From the IMG/VR virus record IMGVR_UViG_3300030514_000001, positions 64,001 through 128,000 of that record: a stretch of DNA of 64,000 nt, one strand, 5' to 3'. A program made the translations under genes and the position numbers. Within the stretch, counting starts at the first letter, position 1; each line of letters opens with the position of its first letter. This stretch comes from a virus (taxonomy: Duplodnaviria > Heunggongvirae > Uroviricota > Caudoviricetes > Herelleviridae). Positions 37,978-47,578 of the stretch are shown piece by piece. Under the pieces are notes generated by a model that searched no databases, was not told the DNA's origin, and was given only the letters and a program-made list of their open reading frames with translations.

Positions 37978-38343
37978 TTAATTAGTAGTTTCTAGTTTTG
38001 CATCTATTAATGATAGAATACCTTCGAAATCAGTAAATTGACTGAACCCGAATACAAATTCTAATCCACCGTGACCGCCAGCATTCATTTCTTCCACCGT
38101 AACCGGACAACCATACTCTTTATTTTTTCGAATCGCACGAGCCAATAAAATGAAGTCCGTTGTTTCTACAAAAGCCTCATTTAGCGAAGCAGAAGGGATG
38201 AAAACACTATGCTCTGCTTTCACCGCTCCTAATGTTTCTCGTTTACTATACCCAACAACTGCATCTCGTAAGTATTCAAGTAAGTTACGAGGTTTTTCGT
38301 TCTTTTTAATATCGTCTGATAAAATAATCTCTTTCGGTTCCAT
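37978..38343 (-). CDS. hypothetical protein
   Basis: AGGAGGT SD. Confidence 0.8.
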   Translation of the reverse strand: MEPKEIILSDDIKKNEKPRNLLEYLRDAVVGYSKRETLGAVKAEHSVFIPSASLNEAFVETTDFILLARAIRKNKEYGCPVTVEEMNAGGHGGLEFVFGFSQFTDFEGILSLIDAKLETTN

Positions 38344-38352
38344 GTTTACCTC

Positions 38353-39099
38353 CTACGCGTTGTTAACAACTAATTGGAATTTTGCATCTTCTGTTTTACC
38401 TTGTTTCTTTTCCTCTTGGTCATCTGGGAAGTTGTTTTCGCACCATTCTGTGTACTTCTCTTTCTTAACAAACGCGATAATGAAAGCAATCTCTGAACCT
38501 TCTAATCCCGTGTTGATGGATGATACACCTGTAGGCGGGTTACCTGTACCGTCGTCTGTGATAACCATTACTTCTGCTCCTAAGTCAACTACATGACCTG
38601 CTCGTACATGTTCTGCAAATAGATTACGTAACACTTTCATATTAGCTCCATAATCAATACCTTTACGGAATACTTCTTTATGTAATTCTGGGTCGTCATG
38701 CCAGTTACTTACAATTTGCATAAAGTGTGCTTCTCTTGTTTCGTCTTGTGCCGGGAAATATGTAAACTGGTAATTATCAAATCGGTTCTTAGCTAGTTGC
38801 GTAAGTAACGAAATGATTTCCGCGTAATCTGTAATAGATGCCTCTCTTGTTACTAAATCTGTTAAACTTAATTTATTTGTTGATGTTTTTACTTCTGTCA
38901 TTTTATTATCTCTCCTTAAATTATCTTTTATGTCACTTAAAACATTTATCGCACCTTTGATGGATGCGGTGTAATTATTATCTTCTCTATGTTCTCTTAT
39001 CGACTTTTTAAACCCAAACACGACAACCAGAGTATAGATGAACAATGCTACTATAATAGCTTTCACGAGTAGTATGTTGTATTCAACGGGCGGATACAA
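38353..39099 (-). CDS. hypothetical protein; N-terminal TM segment and strong internal start at 38901
   Basis: AAGGAGA SD before MTEVKT. Confidence 0.75.
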   Translation of the reverse strand: MYPPVEYNILLVKAIIVALFIYTLVVVFGFKKSIREHREDNNYTASIKGAINVLSDIKDNLRRDNKMTEVKTSTNKLSLTDLVTREASITDYAEIISLLTQLAKNRFDNYQFTYFPAQDETREAHFMQIVSNWHDDPELHKEVFRKGIDYGANMKVLRNLFAEHVRAGHVVDLGAEVMVITDDGTGNPPTGVSSINTGLEGSEIAFIIAFVKKEKYTEWCENNFPDDQEEKKQGKTEDAKFQLVVNNA

Positions 39100-39100
39100 C

Positions 39101-39313
39101 TCAACTTGTCCCTTTGAACGGACTCGGAATTTTATCGTAAATCAACATAGCAACACCAATCGGAATGAAAACTACCAATAATACTACGGTGATACCTATT
39201 ACGAATAAAGTAATCGTGATTGCTAGTATCATGCATAACGTTGTAAATATAATCTCTACTATCCATGTTAACACTTGGTAGAGAAATAAAACTGCTAGGT
39301 CAAGTACGAACAT
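39101..39313 (-). CDS. membrane protein
   Basis: almost entirely hydrophobic. Confidence 0.7.
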   Translation of the reverse strand: MFVLDLAVLFLYQVLTWIVEIIFTTLCMILAITITLFVIGITVVLLVVFIPIGVAMLIYDKIPSPFKGTS

Positions 39314-39385
39314 TTACTCACCTCTATGTATTCTTCATTATTTTCACTTGTCATATTTAACCACCCTTACTTTTATTATAACATA

Positions 39386-39667
39386 TTACAGAGCTAGAGA
39401 TAGCTGACCTTCATCTTCTTCTAATGTAATTGGCTCCTCTTCTACAATCTCCTCCTTCACAGGTTCTTCATGTAAAGTGCCATCAGCGTTAATCCATTTC
39501 CCGCCAAGTTCATATGTACGTGTTGCGATAATTTCATAGTCTTGGAAAATACCACGCTTGTCCATTTCTACCGGAATCTTATTCATCGCCTCCTTTACAT
39601 CCTTACCAGCATTCGTAAATAAATGCACTTTACCATTCTCTGTTTTTACATCAAATTGAAATAACAT
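39386..39667 (-). CDS. hypothetical protein
   Basis: TTGACT promoter at ~39720 and AGGAGG SD. Confidence 0.8.
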   Translation of the reverse strand: MLFQFDVKTENGKVHLFTNAGKDVKEAMNKIPVEMDKRGIFQDYEIIATRTYELGGKWINADGTLHEEPVKEEIVEEEPITLEEDEGQLSLAL

Positions 39668-39770
39668 TGTTATCTCCTCCTTATGAACCTATCTTATCAT
39701 CATAGTTTCCTAAAAGTCAACAAGTTTTTTACATAAAAAAAGAAGCCCCGAAGGACTTCCTAATTATGTA

Positions 39771-40559
39771 TTATTTGAACGTACCCCAGTAGTTCTGACG
39801 TTTTCCGCCTTTAGACTCACCTGTAGCAAGATAGCCATAACCATTGCTACGTGGTTGACGAACCCAAACGTAACCATCATATTCGATACCGAAGCCATTG
39901 TAGTTAACTGTAGAACCAGCCGGAAGTGTAGCGATTACGTCTGCACTTGTGAATGGTGCTGTACGTAATTTGATTGAAGTATTTGTTACGAAAGTACCAG
40001 TCTCTTTTGTAAACCAGCTAGAATCGTAACCTCCACCTGTAGAGCCACCGCCTGTACTTCCTCCGCCAGAACCGCCTGTGCTACTAGAGCCTCCGCCGTT
40101 ATCTACTGCACCGCCATTATCCGCAGGTGGTTTTTGTCCGCCTACTACATCGTATAATTCAAAGTGAGGATAATCTTTAAATGAAACCCAATCTCCGCCC
40201 CATTTGAAGCCTTGTGCTTTCATTGCTGCGATAACCTTACGGAAATTACCTTCAACTGTCCAGATAACGTCAGAACCGTCTTGTGTGTACAAGCATAAGT
40301 CTACCGCTACTCCGTAGTTGTGGTTCGATTGTCCGCCTCGTGCATTTGTTACGATGCTACCCGGTTTAGTACGACCTTGCGCGTATAAAGCGTTCTGTTC
40401 AGCAAACGAACGGAAACCTTGTGCTACACAGATATAAATACCTTGTGCATGCATTTGTGTAATGACAGCGCGGGTACGGTCTGCTACGTCCTTACGCATA
40501 CCAGAAACGTTCAATTTACGGTTCGCCTTGTCGATTAAAGTTTGTAATGCCATTGCCAT
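39771..40559 (-). CDS. endolysin, L-Ala-D-Glu peptidase (M15/VanY-like) plus Gly/Ser linker and SH3b domain, LysB4-like
   Basis: GFRSFAEQNALYAQGRT, SNHNYGVAVD, WGGDW..FKDYPHFE; 262 aa. Confidence 0.95.
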   Translation of the reverse strand: MAMALQTLIDKANRKLNVSGMRKDVADRTRAVITQMHAQGIYICVAQGFRSFAEQNALYAQGRTKPGSIVTNARGGQSNHNYGVAVDLCLYTQDGSDVIWTVEGNFRKVIAAMKAQGFKWGGDWVSFKDYPHFELYDVVGGQKPPADNGGAVDNGGGSSSTGGSGGGSTGGGSTGGGYDSSWFTKETGTFVTNTSIKLRTAPFTSADVIATLPAGSTVNYNGFGIEYDGYVWVRQPRSNGYGYLATGESKGGKRQNYWGTFK

Positions 40560-40643
40560 TCTACTTCCACTCCTTCATTTTTTCTATTACTCTACTAATA
40601 TAAGAGAAAGGGCTAATTACTCCCTATCTCTATTATACCATAC

Positions 40644-41129
40644 TTAGACTACCGCAGCTCCCGTCGCGTCCACCCAACCGTTGTTATCTTTATTACGCCA
40701 GATAGGTTTATTCAACGTAGTATCGAAGAATGGTTGTCCTATGTAGGTTCCTGTTGTTGGTCTTGTAGCTCCTGATGTAATTAACTGAACCGTAACTTTT
40801 CCAGCAGCATCCGGGTTAGAGCCGTTTATTGATTGTACAAAACCAGTTACAGCACCGTTCGCATCTGGAGTCTTTCCATTGACCGTTTTCACAAGTCCAG
40901 TTAGCGCTACGTTGCCATCTGTACCCGGTTTGGTACCATTAACACTTTTCACCATCCCTTTGATATCATCTTTTGTTGCGAAGTCTCCTGTAGGTGCGCC
41001 ATCAACTTGAACGTTCCCATTCTCATCTGGAGCCTTTCCATTTACTGTCTTGACCGTTTTCTTCAAGTCAGTAGCCATTTCCCGGATTATCTTTTCCGGA
41101 GTTCCATCATACATAGAATCTCTTAGCAT
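40644..41129 (-). CDS. virion fibre-like protein with four V(K/Q)(T/S)(V/I)NG..P...G.V repeats
   Basis: repeats visible; C-terminal RPT....GQPFFDTTLNKPIW; late TATATTA motif upstream. Confidence 0.75.
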   Translation of the reverse strand: MLRDSMYDGTPEKIIREMATDLKKTVKTVNGKAPDENGNVQVDGAPTGDFATKDDIKGMVKSVNGTKPGTDGNVALTGLVKTVNGKTPDANGAVTGFVQSINGSNPDAAGKVTVQLITSGATRPTTGTYIGQPFFDTTLNKPIWRNKDNNGWVDATGAAVV

Positions 41130-41184
41130 TATTTAATCCCATCCTTTCTAATTAACTAGTACTAATATAATAAAAGCTAAAGGA

Positions 41185-42981
41185 TTAATACCCTTTAGCA
41201 AATATATCTGTGTGTTGCGGACGCATAATGTCTACAGTTGTGTAAGCAAAAGCGTTTTCTTGCTCTTTCGTTATATACGGTTCCAATACATGTTCCATAC
41301 CAACCATAGAGTATACAGAAGACTGAGCAAAGTGGTCGTCACCTTTGTCCATAATAATCTGATAGATTGCTTTTGTTTTTTCGTCTTCTTCATCTCGAAT
41401 TACCACGTTTTTCCAATGTTCAAGGTATAAAGCTAATTCTCTATCCATTGTGTTGTAGAATCCTAATCTACCCATCTTCATATCAGAGATATGCTTTTTA
41501 TTTTGCGTTAACTTATCGACTGTAACCATACTTCGTTGTTCTGACCAAATCGGAACAATCTGTCCAGTAGAACGAGGGTTCGGGTTAACTTTAACACCGT
41601 AAGCTACGCCAGCACCGAAATGTTGGATTAACTTGTCCACGTAGTTACCAGAGTCACCGATATCGGCACAGATAATGTCGGGTTGATACGGGATTAATTC
41701 TAAGATTATTTGTTCTAAGTCCGCCTCGATGTTCGCTACACCTCTAGCTCGTTCAACAGAGAACATACGGATTAAATCGATACGTCCATCATCTTTAAAT
41801 CCACGAATTGTAACCCAATGACGGTTACCCCAGTCAATACCTACAGAAATGAAACGATAGTCTCCTCTGTCCATAAGTGGAGCTGATAAATACTCACGCA
41901 TGTTGTTTGTGATATCTCTATCCTGTACGGCTAATGCAACGTCTTGGTACGGGTATCCTAAAACGTAGTTGTAGAAATGCTGTTTAGATTTCGCTTCCAG
42001 TTCCTTACGTTTCAATGCATCTGCGCTAAACCATACTGCATTTAACTGTGTGATTAAGTATCCGCGAGTACCTTGATTATTCAAAGTGCGGTCTGGGAAC
42101 TCTGCTACCCACTCACCGTTGTACCATCTATCTAATGTCTTACCACATTTCTGACAAATGAATCGGTATGTACCATCTCGTACTGTTTGTGCAAGAACGT
42201 CTACGCCACTCTCGTCAATACATTCAATATTTTTCTCGTAATCTAGCTGCTGTCTCATTCCACAATGTTCACACTTATGCATGTACACTCGTTTATCAGA
42301 GCGGTCATACAAATCGTGAATACCGAAGTTAGGTACAGTAGGTGTTGACCAACGACGTAAAATACCATATTTAGATGAAGACATAGACTCCATCGCAGAG
42401 ATTTCCGCACTAGCATTTACACGGTCATACTCATCCAGAGATAAATAGTCGATATCGACACCCTCTACCGCAGCTCCCTTACTAGAAGAACGGAACAGCA
42501 TGAAACTATTTCTAATCTTTTTCTTCTCCAACGAGTCAATCTTAGGGTCAGAGATAGTAGAGTAATATCCTTTCTCCAGTAGTGGGTTAATACGAGTCGA
42601 TACGAAGTCCTTCATTTGTCGGTTCGTAGGGAACGTGTAGAGGCATTTTACCCCGGAGTAGGAGTGTAGGTCTGCAAACCACAACATCTCGCCTACACCG
42701 ACCTCTGAAAGCCCTAACTGACGTGATTTAATTACAGCCTTGTTAGGATGCGTATCATTGATAATTTCTGTTTGCCACGGTCTGTGCGCTTGCGCTCGTA
42801 ATGAGTCTTTACCGCTAACGTGGAAGGTAATAGGATGACCCTTTACCGTATGATTCTTTAATAAGTAGGACGAACAGTTTAACATTGTCAGTACATAGGC
42901 TAGTTCGTCTTTTGTTAACTCTGTCCTACCGAACGTTTGTTTAGCTACGTTTTGTATCATTTCTCCTGTTAGATTATTCAT
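41185..42981 (-). CDS. terL: terminase large subunit
   Basis: KSRQLGLSE, LSLDEYD, STPT, VGIDWG, DDHFAQS; uninterrupted. Confidence 0.95.
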   Translation of the reverse strand: MNNLTGEMIQNVAKQTFGRTELTKDELAYVLTMLNCSSYLLKNHTVKGHPITFHVSGKDSLRAQAHRPWQTEIINDTHPNKAVIKSRQLGLSEVGVGEMLWFADLHSYSGVKCLYTFPTNRQMKDFVSTRINPLLEKGYYSTISDPKIDSLEKKKIRNSFMLFRSSSKGAAVEGVDIDYLSLDEYDRVNASAEISAMESMSSSKYGILRRWSTPTVPNFGIHDLYDRSDKRVYMHKCEHCGMRQQLDYEKNIECIDESGVDVLAQTVRDGTYRFICQKCGKTLDRWYNGEWVAEFPDRTLNNQGTRGYLITQLNAVWFSADALKRKELEAKSKQHFYNYVLGYPYQDVALAVQDRDITNNMREYLSAPLMDRGDYRFISVGIDWGNRHWVTIRGFKDDGRIDLIRMFSVERARGVANIEADLEQIILELIPYQPDIICADIGDSGNYVDKLIQHFGAGVAYGVKVNPNPRSTGQIVPIWSEQRSMVTVDKLTQNKKHISDMKMGRLGFYNTMDRELALYLEHWKNVVIRDEEDEKTKAIYQIIMDKGDDHFAQSSVYSMVGMEHVLEPYITKEQENAFAYTTVDIMRPQHTDIFAKGY

Positions 42982-43400
42982 TAGAATGTTCCCTCATTTT
43001 CTGCGTTCTGAGCTATGTCCATATTTCTGATTAGGTCTGCTACATCGTTCATATCCATTGAAGATACATCGATTTTACCTTCTTCATCAGAGGTCATTTT
43101 ACCCTCACGAACCATATCGTCAACAACTTTCTCTTGACGCATGTTGATTTCTGGTAACATTCCAGAACCTTGCTGACCATTCATCATTTCATCGATACCG
43201 TACAGTTCTTTATAAGCCCCGAATACACGAATTGCATCCGCGATATTGTCAATAGGAATCTCACCCATTTGCAACTTAGTAATAAACTGAGACATCGCTG
43301 CGGAAAAACCCTCACCTAACTTATTACGTAATTCTTCTTGAGCATCGAAAACGCTATTCTTTTTCTGGATGCCCTTCTTTATATTGTCTGCCATTGACAT
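42981..43400 (-). CDS. conserved protein coupled to terL, possible terminase small subunit
   Basis: position and translational coupling only. Confidence 0.5.
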   Translation of the reverse strand: MSMADNIKKGIQKKNSVFDAQEELRNKLGEGFSAAMSQFITKLQMGEIPIDNIADAIRVFGAYKELYGIDEMMNGQQGSGMLPEINMRQEKVVDDMVREGKMTSDEEGKIDVSSMDMNDVADLIRNMDIAQNAENEGTF

Positions 43401-43674
43401 CTTGCAGTTCCCCTTTCTGTTTTAGTACACGATAACAAGAGTTAACATCCTTGCAGATGTGGATATGCACGATATCACTTAACTCGAATCGTATCTGGTT
43501 TTGTGTTGTTATGTATTTTTGCGTTTGCCTCGAAAGAGCCGATAGGGGTCTTCCGCATATAGAACATAATCTTGGTGTGAAGACCCGTCTATCTCCTTTC
43601 TTAAATTCCCTATACTTTTCTGAATTTTGAAATAATTTACGTCGCTTTTCGACTACCTCTCGCTTTGTTATCAT
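43354..43674 (-). CDS. Cys-motif hypothetical protein
   Basis: CSICG...CKDVNSC. Confidence 0.75.
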   Translation of the reverse strand: MITKREVVEKRRKLFQNSEKYREFKKGDRRVFTPRLCSICGRPLSALSRQTQKYITTQNQIRFELSDIVHIHICKDVNSCYRVLKQKGELQDVNGRQYKEGHPEKE

Positions 43675-44198
43675 TCATCGTCTAGCTCCTCATCGAAGCG
43701 CTGGTCTACTTTCTCCAGCAAGTCTTCGTAAGCGTACAGTCTGTCATCTAAAAATACATCGGAATCGTCAATATCTTCGTAAACAGCAGCAGAATAAAGG
43801 AAAGGGAGTTCTAGGATTAGCTCGTCCAAAACAACATCGATAACATCAGATGAAAATACAATTCCATAGCTTATGAATTGGTGCATCAGGTGACCTTCAT
43901 ATTTCTCTCTTAATTTATCTACAATCTCATGTTCAGTATCTCCAACTGTGTCTCTGTAGTCCTTTTGGAAATCAGCATATTCGTAAGCCATGTGTGTTAG
44001 AGTTAATGTCAATACAGTTTCCACATCTTGTAAAATACTAGATAGGAATGTAGGGTCTACTTTAACTCCTGTTTCTGTTCTGTATGCTGGTGCTACAATC
44101 TGAGCTTCGTTTTCAAAAATGAGCATGACTGTCGTTCTAGCGTATTCCTGTGCAGAGCCTAAAAAATTCTCCATCTCTCTTTCCGTCATTTCAAACAT
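43671..44198 (-). CDS. acidic hypothetical protein
   Basis: coupled ORF. Confidence 0.8.
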   Translation of the reverse strand: MFEMTEREMENFLGSAQEYARTTVMLIFENEAQIVAPAYRTETGVKVDPTFLSSILQDVETVLTLTLTHMAYEYADFQKDYRDTVGDTEHEIVDKLREKYEGHLMHQFISYGIVFSSDVIDVVLDELILELPFLYSAAVYEDIDDSDVFLDDRLYAYEDLLEKVDQRFDEELDDE

Positions 44199-44200
44199 AG

Positions 44201-44497
44201 CTATTTACCGCCTTTCTTCTCCGTATGTGTATTAGTTAAAATCGTATCATATCTTCGCATTGCATGATTTAACGTGCATCGTAACTCTCGTTGCACTTTC
44301 GCAGTCTGTCGTGATTGAATATGTTCATAGATTCCTAACGCGACAAATGCAAGGATAGACCCTGTAATAAAGTATGACAGTGTTGTACGCTCTACTTGGA
44401 TACCTCCCAGACTTAAAAGTGATGCGATACCAAACCCTACCATTTGTACTAAAACAACTAGTAAGACTTTAGTGATTAAACTTTTTTCTACTTTCAC
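44201..44497 (-). CDS. membrane protein
   Basis: two TM segments; divergent late TATATTA motifs at 44541-44547 (-) and 44579 (+). Confidence 0.75.
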   Translation of the reverse strand: MKVEKSLITKVLLVVLVQMVGFGIASLLSLGGIQVERTTLSYFITGSILAFVALGIYEHIQSRQTAKVQRELRCTLNHAMRRYDTILTNTHTEKKGGK

Positions 44498-44619
44498 GGG
44501 CTACTCTACCTCCACTTGAGAAATTTTTTGGTACTACCCTAATATAGTAGTTATCCAAAAAATATCAGTACGAAGTACTATATTAGTACTGATAAATCTC
44601 TAGGAAGAGGGTAATTACA

Positions 44620-44931
44620 ATGGTGTATTTCGTGCTGTCTATTGCCTTTACCCTAATCTTCTACCTCGTAGCGTCTTATATGTCGTACATTACTGCTTCC
44701 ATTCTTCATCGAGGTATTATTTTTCGCTTAATTATTCCGACTGTAAAGGCTGTCATGTTTATTACAATTGTCTATACCTCTATTATAGCAGATATCGTAC
44801 TGTTCAGCGGTGGCAAGTACGAGACGATAGCATTCAAAAACGGTGTCATGTCTACAGTTGTAGTTACGTCGTTAACAACGAATAAGGAGAAAGGGGGAGG
44901 AAAAAATGATTCCCGCAGGAAATCCAAGTAA
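44620..44931 (+). CDS. membrane protein
   Basis: hydrophobic segments. Confidence 0.75.
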   Translation: MVYFVLSIAFTLIFYLVASYMSYITASILHRGIIFRLIIPTVKAVMFITIVYTSIIADIVLFSGGKYETIAFKNGVMSTVVVTSLTTNKEKGGGKNDSRRKSK

Positions 44932-45268
44932 TATGGATGTAAAGAACGAACTATGTGAGCTTGTTGATACTATGGTGAATGGTCATCGTACAAGTTTCCA
45001 TATGTATACAATTCATCGTTTGTTATCTTTAAGTTTATTAAATAGCTATGAATTTAAATATCTAGAAACTCCAGAAAGTGATTGGATTCGAGTACAGATA
45101 ACTTTCGACAAGGAGAAATCTGTTACAATAGGAATTAATACGTGTTCTCAATATGGTCAGATAGAGGACGAGGAAAGTCTGGATATATTGAAGGAGATTT
45201 CTAAACAGAAAGTACATACGGAAGGGAAGGGCGCAGTTAGTAAAAGTTTTTTAGCATTCAGTAGATAA
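44906..45268 (+). CDS. hypothetical protein
   Basis: GGGGAGG SD. Confidence 0.75.
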   Translation: MIPAGNPSNMDVKNELCELVDTMVNGHRTSFHMYTIHRLLSLSLLNSYEFKYLETPESDWIRVQITFDKEKSVTIGINTCSQYGQIEDEESLDILKEISKQKVHTEGKGAVSKSFLAFSR

Positions 45269-45283
45269 AATAAGAAAGGTGGA

Positions 45284-45610
45284 TTGGTCATGGCTAATCA
45301 ACAACAATTCGAGTACAGACTAAAAGAAATCGAAAACGTACTGAAAGAACATGCGGAAGAATCCGAAGACATCAGAAAGGTGTTAGAGGAAATTCAAGAC
45401 ATCGTTCGAGACATCGACAAAAACGCAGCAATCAACGAAGAAAAACAATCCCACCTATTCTACCGAATTGACCTCCTACAGCAAAAATTAACAACTTTAG
45501 AAACAAGAGGCGAGAAGGGTACGGATAAACAACGTGCGTTGGTTGAGAATGCCCTTATGGTTGTATTAGGTGGTATCATCAGTTACATTTTCAGTTTATC
45601 TCAAAAATAA
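45284..45610 (+). CDS. coiled-coil protein with C-terminal TM (XhlA/holin-like architecture)
   Basis: heptads followed by a single C-terminal hydrophobic helix. Confidence 0.6.
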   Translation: MVMANQQQFEYRLKEIENVLKEHAEESEDIRKVLEEIQDIVRDIDKNAAINEEKQSHLFYRIDLLQQKLTTLETRGEKGTDKQRALVENALMVVLGGIISYIFSLSQK

Positions 45611-45619
45611 GAAAGGAAG

Positions 45620-45859
45620 TTGAACATGGCAATTAAAAAAGACGTAGAAGTAACTTTAATGAACGGAGTAATCGCATACATTCCTGAGGATGCTTTTGTT
45701 ACCGCAGGAATCGCAGATACTCCGGAAGCGGTAATTGGTAACGCAGTTCGTGGTAGTCGTTCGCCAGTATTCCACGTTAACACAAAAGCAGATATGACAG
45801 GGGAGTGGTTGTACGTAATTGCACAAAATATCCTAAGTTTCAAGGTGACGCATAAATAA
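45620..45859 (+). CDS. hypothetical protein
   Basis: ORF with SD. Confidence 0.75.
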   Translation: MNMAIKKDVEVTLMNGVIAYIPEDAFVTAGIADTPEAVIGNAVRGSRSPVFHVNTKADMTGEWLYVIAQNILSFKVTHK

Positions 45860-45877
45860 AATAAAATAGGGAATAGT

Positions 45878-45911
45878 AAAAAGACCAGTCAAATGTATAG
45901 GCTGGTCTTTA
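45878..45911. terminator. bidirectional terminator
   Basis: AAGACCAGTC/GGCTGGTCTT between convergent genes. Confidence 0.7.
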
Positions 45912-46307
45912 TTTTGTATGACCAGTTTCTAGTTCTGACACACAACCATGTATATGATTAGAAATGTGTATCGCAAGCAACTTTGAAAAAACCATACCGT
46001 TAAAATTCTCATATTCGTATATTTTATTTTCTATTATATTTTCTAGTTGAAGCATTAATCCATTTCCGATTGGATGGAATAAATAGTCTTCTAGTAGTTC
46101 TCCTAGCTTCATGTCAAAAGAAAACTTTAGTATGAAATTACTTATAGCTTCTGTAACCCATAACCTTTCTAATGCGTCATCCAAACAGTCTAGTACGTCG
46201 AAATCAAATAATCGTATAGTTAACCTATTCGTATCATCCTTATCTCTACCTACCTTTACAATAAGACCATGATTACATATATAAACTATGTCATTCGTTT
46301 CTAACAC
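45909..46307 (-). CDS. hypothetical protein
   Basis: coupled to HTH gene. Confidence 0.7.
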   Translation of the reverse strand: MLETNDIVYICNHGLIVKVGRDKDDTNRLTIRLFDFDVLDCLDDALERLWVTEAISNFILKFSFDMKLGELLEDYLFHPIGNGLMLQLENIIENKIYEYENFNGMVFSKLLAIHISNHIHGCVSELETGHTK

Positions 46308-46595
46308 TTAGTTCCCCTCCGCTACCCTATTTTTCTTTTCTAATAAACCATATCGTTTTGACTCCAGTTCCCTATTTTCTGCATCAGTTAAATCCTCGAA
46401 TAATTCTCTATAGCTTACTTTGAATAAATCTTCTAGCTCCATTAACTTTTCTTGTCTTGGGAACTTTAGTCCACCTTCCCAGTTACTTACTGTCGAGAAA
46501 CTTACCCCCAACTTGTCTCCTAATGAATACGTTGTATAACCAGCATCCATTCTATATTTTTTCAATCTCTTAGGTGTTCGTTCTTTTTTTGCCAT
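46308..46595 (-). CDS. XRE/Cro-family HTH transcriptional regulator
   Basis: LKKYR...GYT...LG..LGVS..TVSNWE.G...P. Confidence 0.9.
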   Translation of the reverse strand: MAKKERTPKRLKKYRMDAGYTTYSLGDKLGVSFSTVSNWEGGLKFPRQEKLMELEDLFKVSYRELFEDLTDAENRELESKRYGLLEKKNRVAEGN

Positions 46596-46669
46596 TCTAT
46601 TTTGACACTCCTCTTCTTTTTATTTGTTGTTGTACATCTACAATAGCACCTTATTTCCTAAATGTCAAC

Positions 46670-47260
46670 AACATTCCCTAATTATTTTTTGAAGCAAATC
46701 TTACACTACCTAGTATATCTTTTCTGAGTACAAGTTATTCCTAATAAAATAACTATTCCCTATTTTATTTTAACTTTTTCCTGATGAAATAGGTTTACCT
46801 TATTCTTGAGAAACCCTTATATATCAAGGTTTATTTGACATATTCTTAATTCTTATTCTGACTAAAGTATTAATTTTTAAATTAATAATAAGTAATATTC
46901 CTGATACTATTCCCTATTTTATTTTTAACTGTTCCCTATATCTATTAGTGTATTTATTATTTATATTTAATTACATATATAATATTTAATATTAGTTATT
47001 TTATTTAGTTATATTTATTATACTCTACGTCCAAAAATTTAATTAATAAAAGACAAGTAGCTCATCAGGACAGATGAAGCCGACAGGAGCCGATTGAGCG
47101 ATTCTAATGTAATTTATCTAACAATAAAGCAGGAACGCTGTACGAGGCTGCTAGGCACCTCGTATAAGTTGATAAACGAGTTAAACATTTGTCAAGATTA
47201 ACCCTAAAATAAATATTCATAATTTTTAAAATATTTTACTTGTTAGTGTGTATTTTTCTT
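46670..47260. other. AT-rich non-coding block with TATTCCCTATTTTATTT repeats, candidate replication origin
   Basis: 17-mers at 46754 and 46908 (also 47859, inverted 45859); near-pure A/T run 46940-47020. Confidence 0.5.
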
Positions 47261-47282
47261 CAATACAGGTTATAATATAAGT

Positions 47283-47479
47283 ATAGGTTCCCCCATAACC
47301 TATCAGTATCTAGTTTTCTCCTCCTCTGATTCGTGAAATCTTAGATACATGTTTTGTTAGGCATATTATCCTTCTCACTTTGAATAGGTTTAACTTTTCA
47401 TTCGTTTTATGCTAACACGCTCTTAAATGAAACGGATTCGCCCTGTCTGGTATGTACGTACCGTGATGGGGCATTTTTT
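47283..47479 (+). ncRNA. candidate ~195-nt sRNA with C/U-rich anti-SD loops
   Basis: TATAAT at 47271, three stem-loops, intrinsic terminator 47440-47479, no ORF. Confidence 0.6.
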
Positions 47480-47578
47480 ATGTCCGCAAAAACAGGGAGA
47501 TACCTTATATATGGTATAATAGAAGTAAGGACATTTCCGACAAAATCAACTACTTAGTACTATATTAATAAATAGGGT

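Noticed and set aside
33501..42981. Introns or inteins in thyA and terL
   Set aside because: Both ORFs are continuous and of ordinary length
47052..47110. tRNA-like start GTAGCTCATCAGGACAGA
   Set aside because: Resembles a D-arm, but no anticodon stem, TTCG T-loop or acceptor pairing follows; no tRNA found in the window
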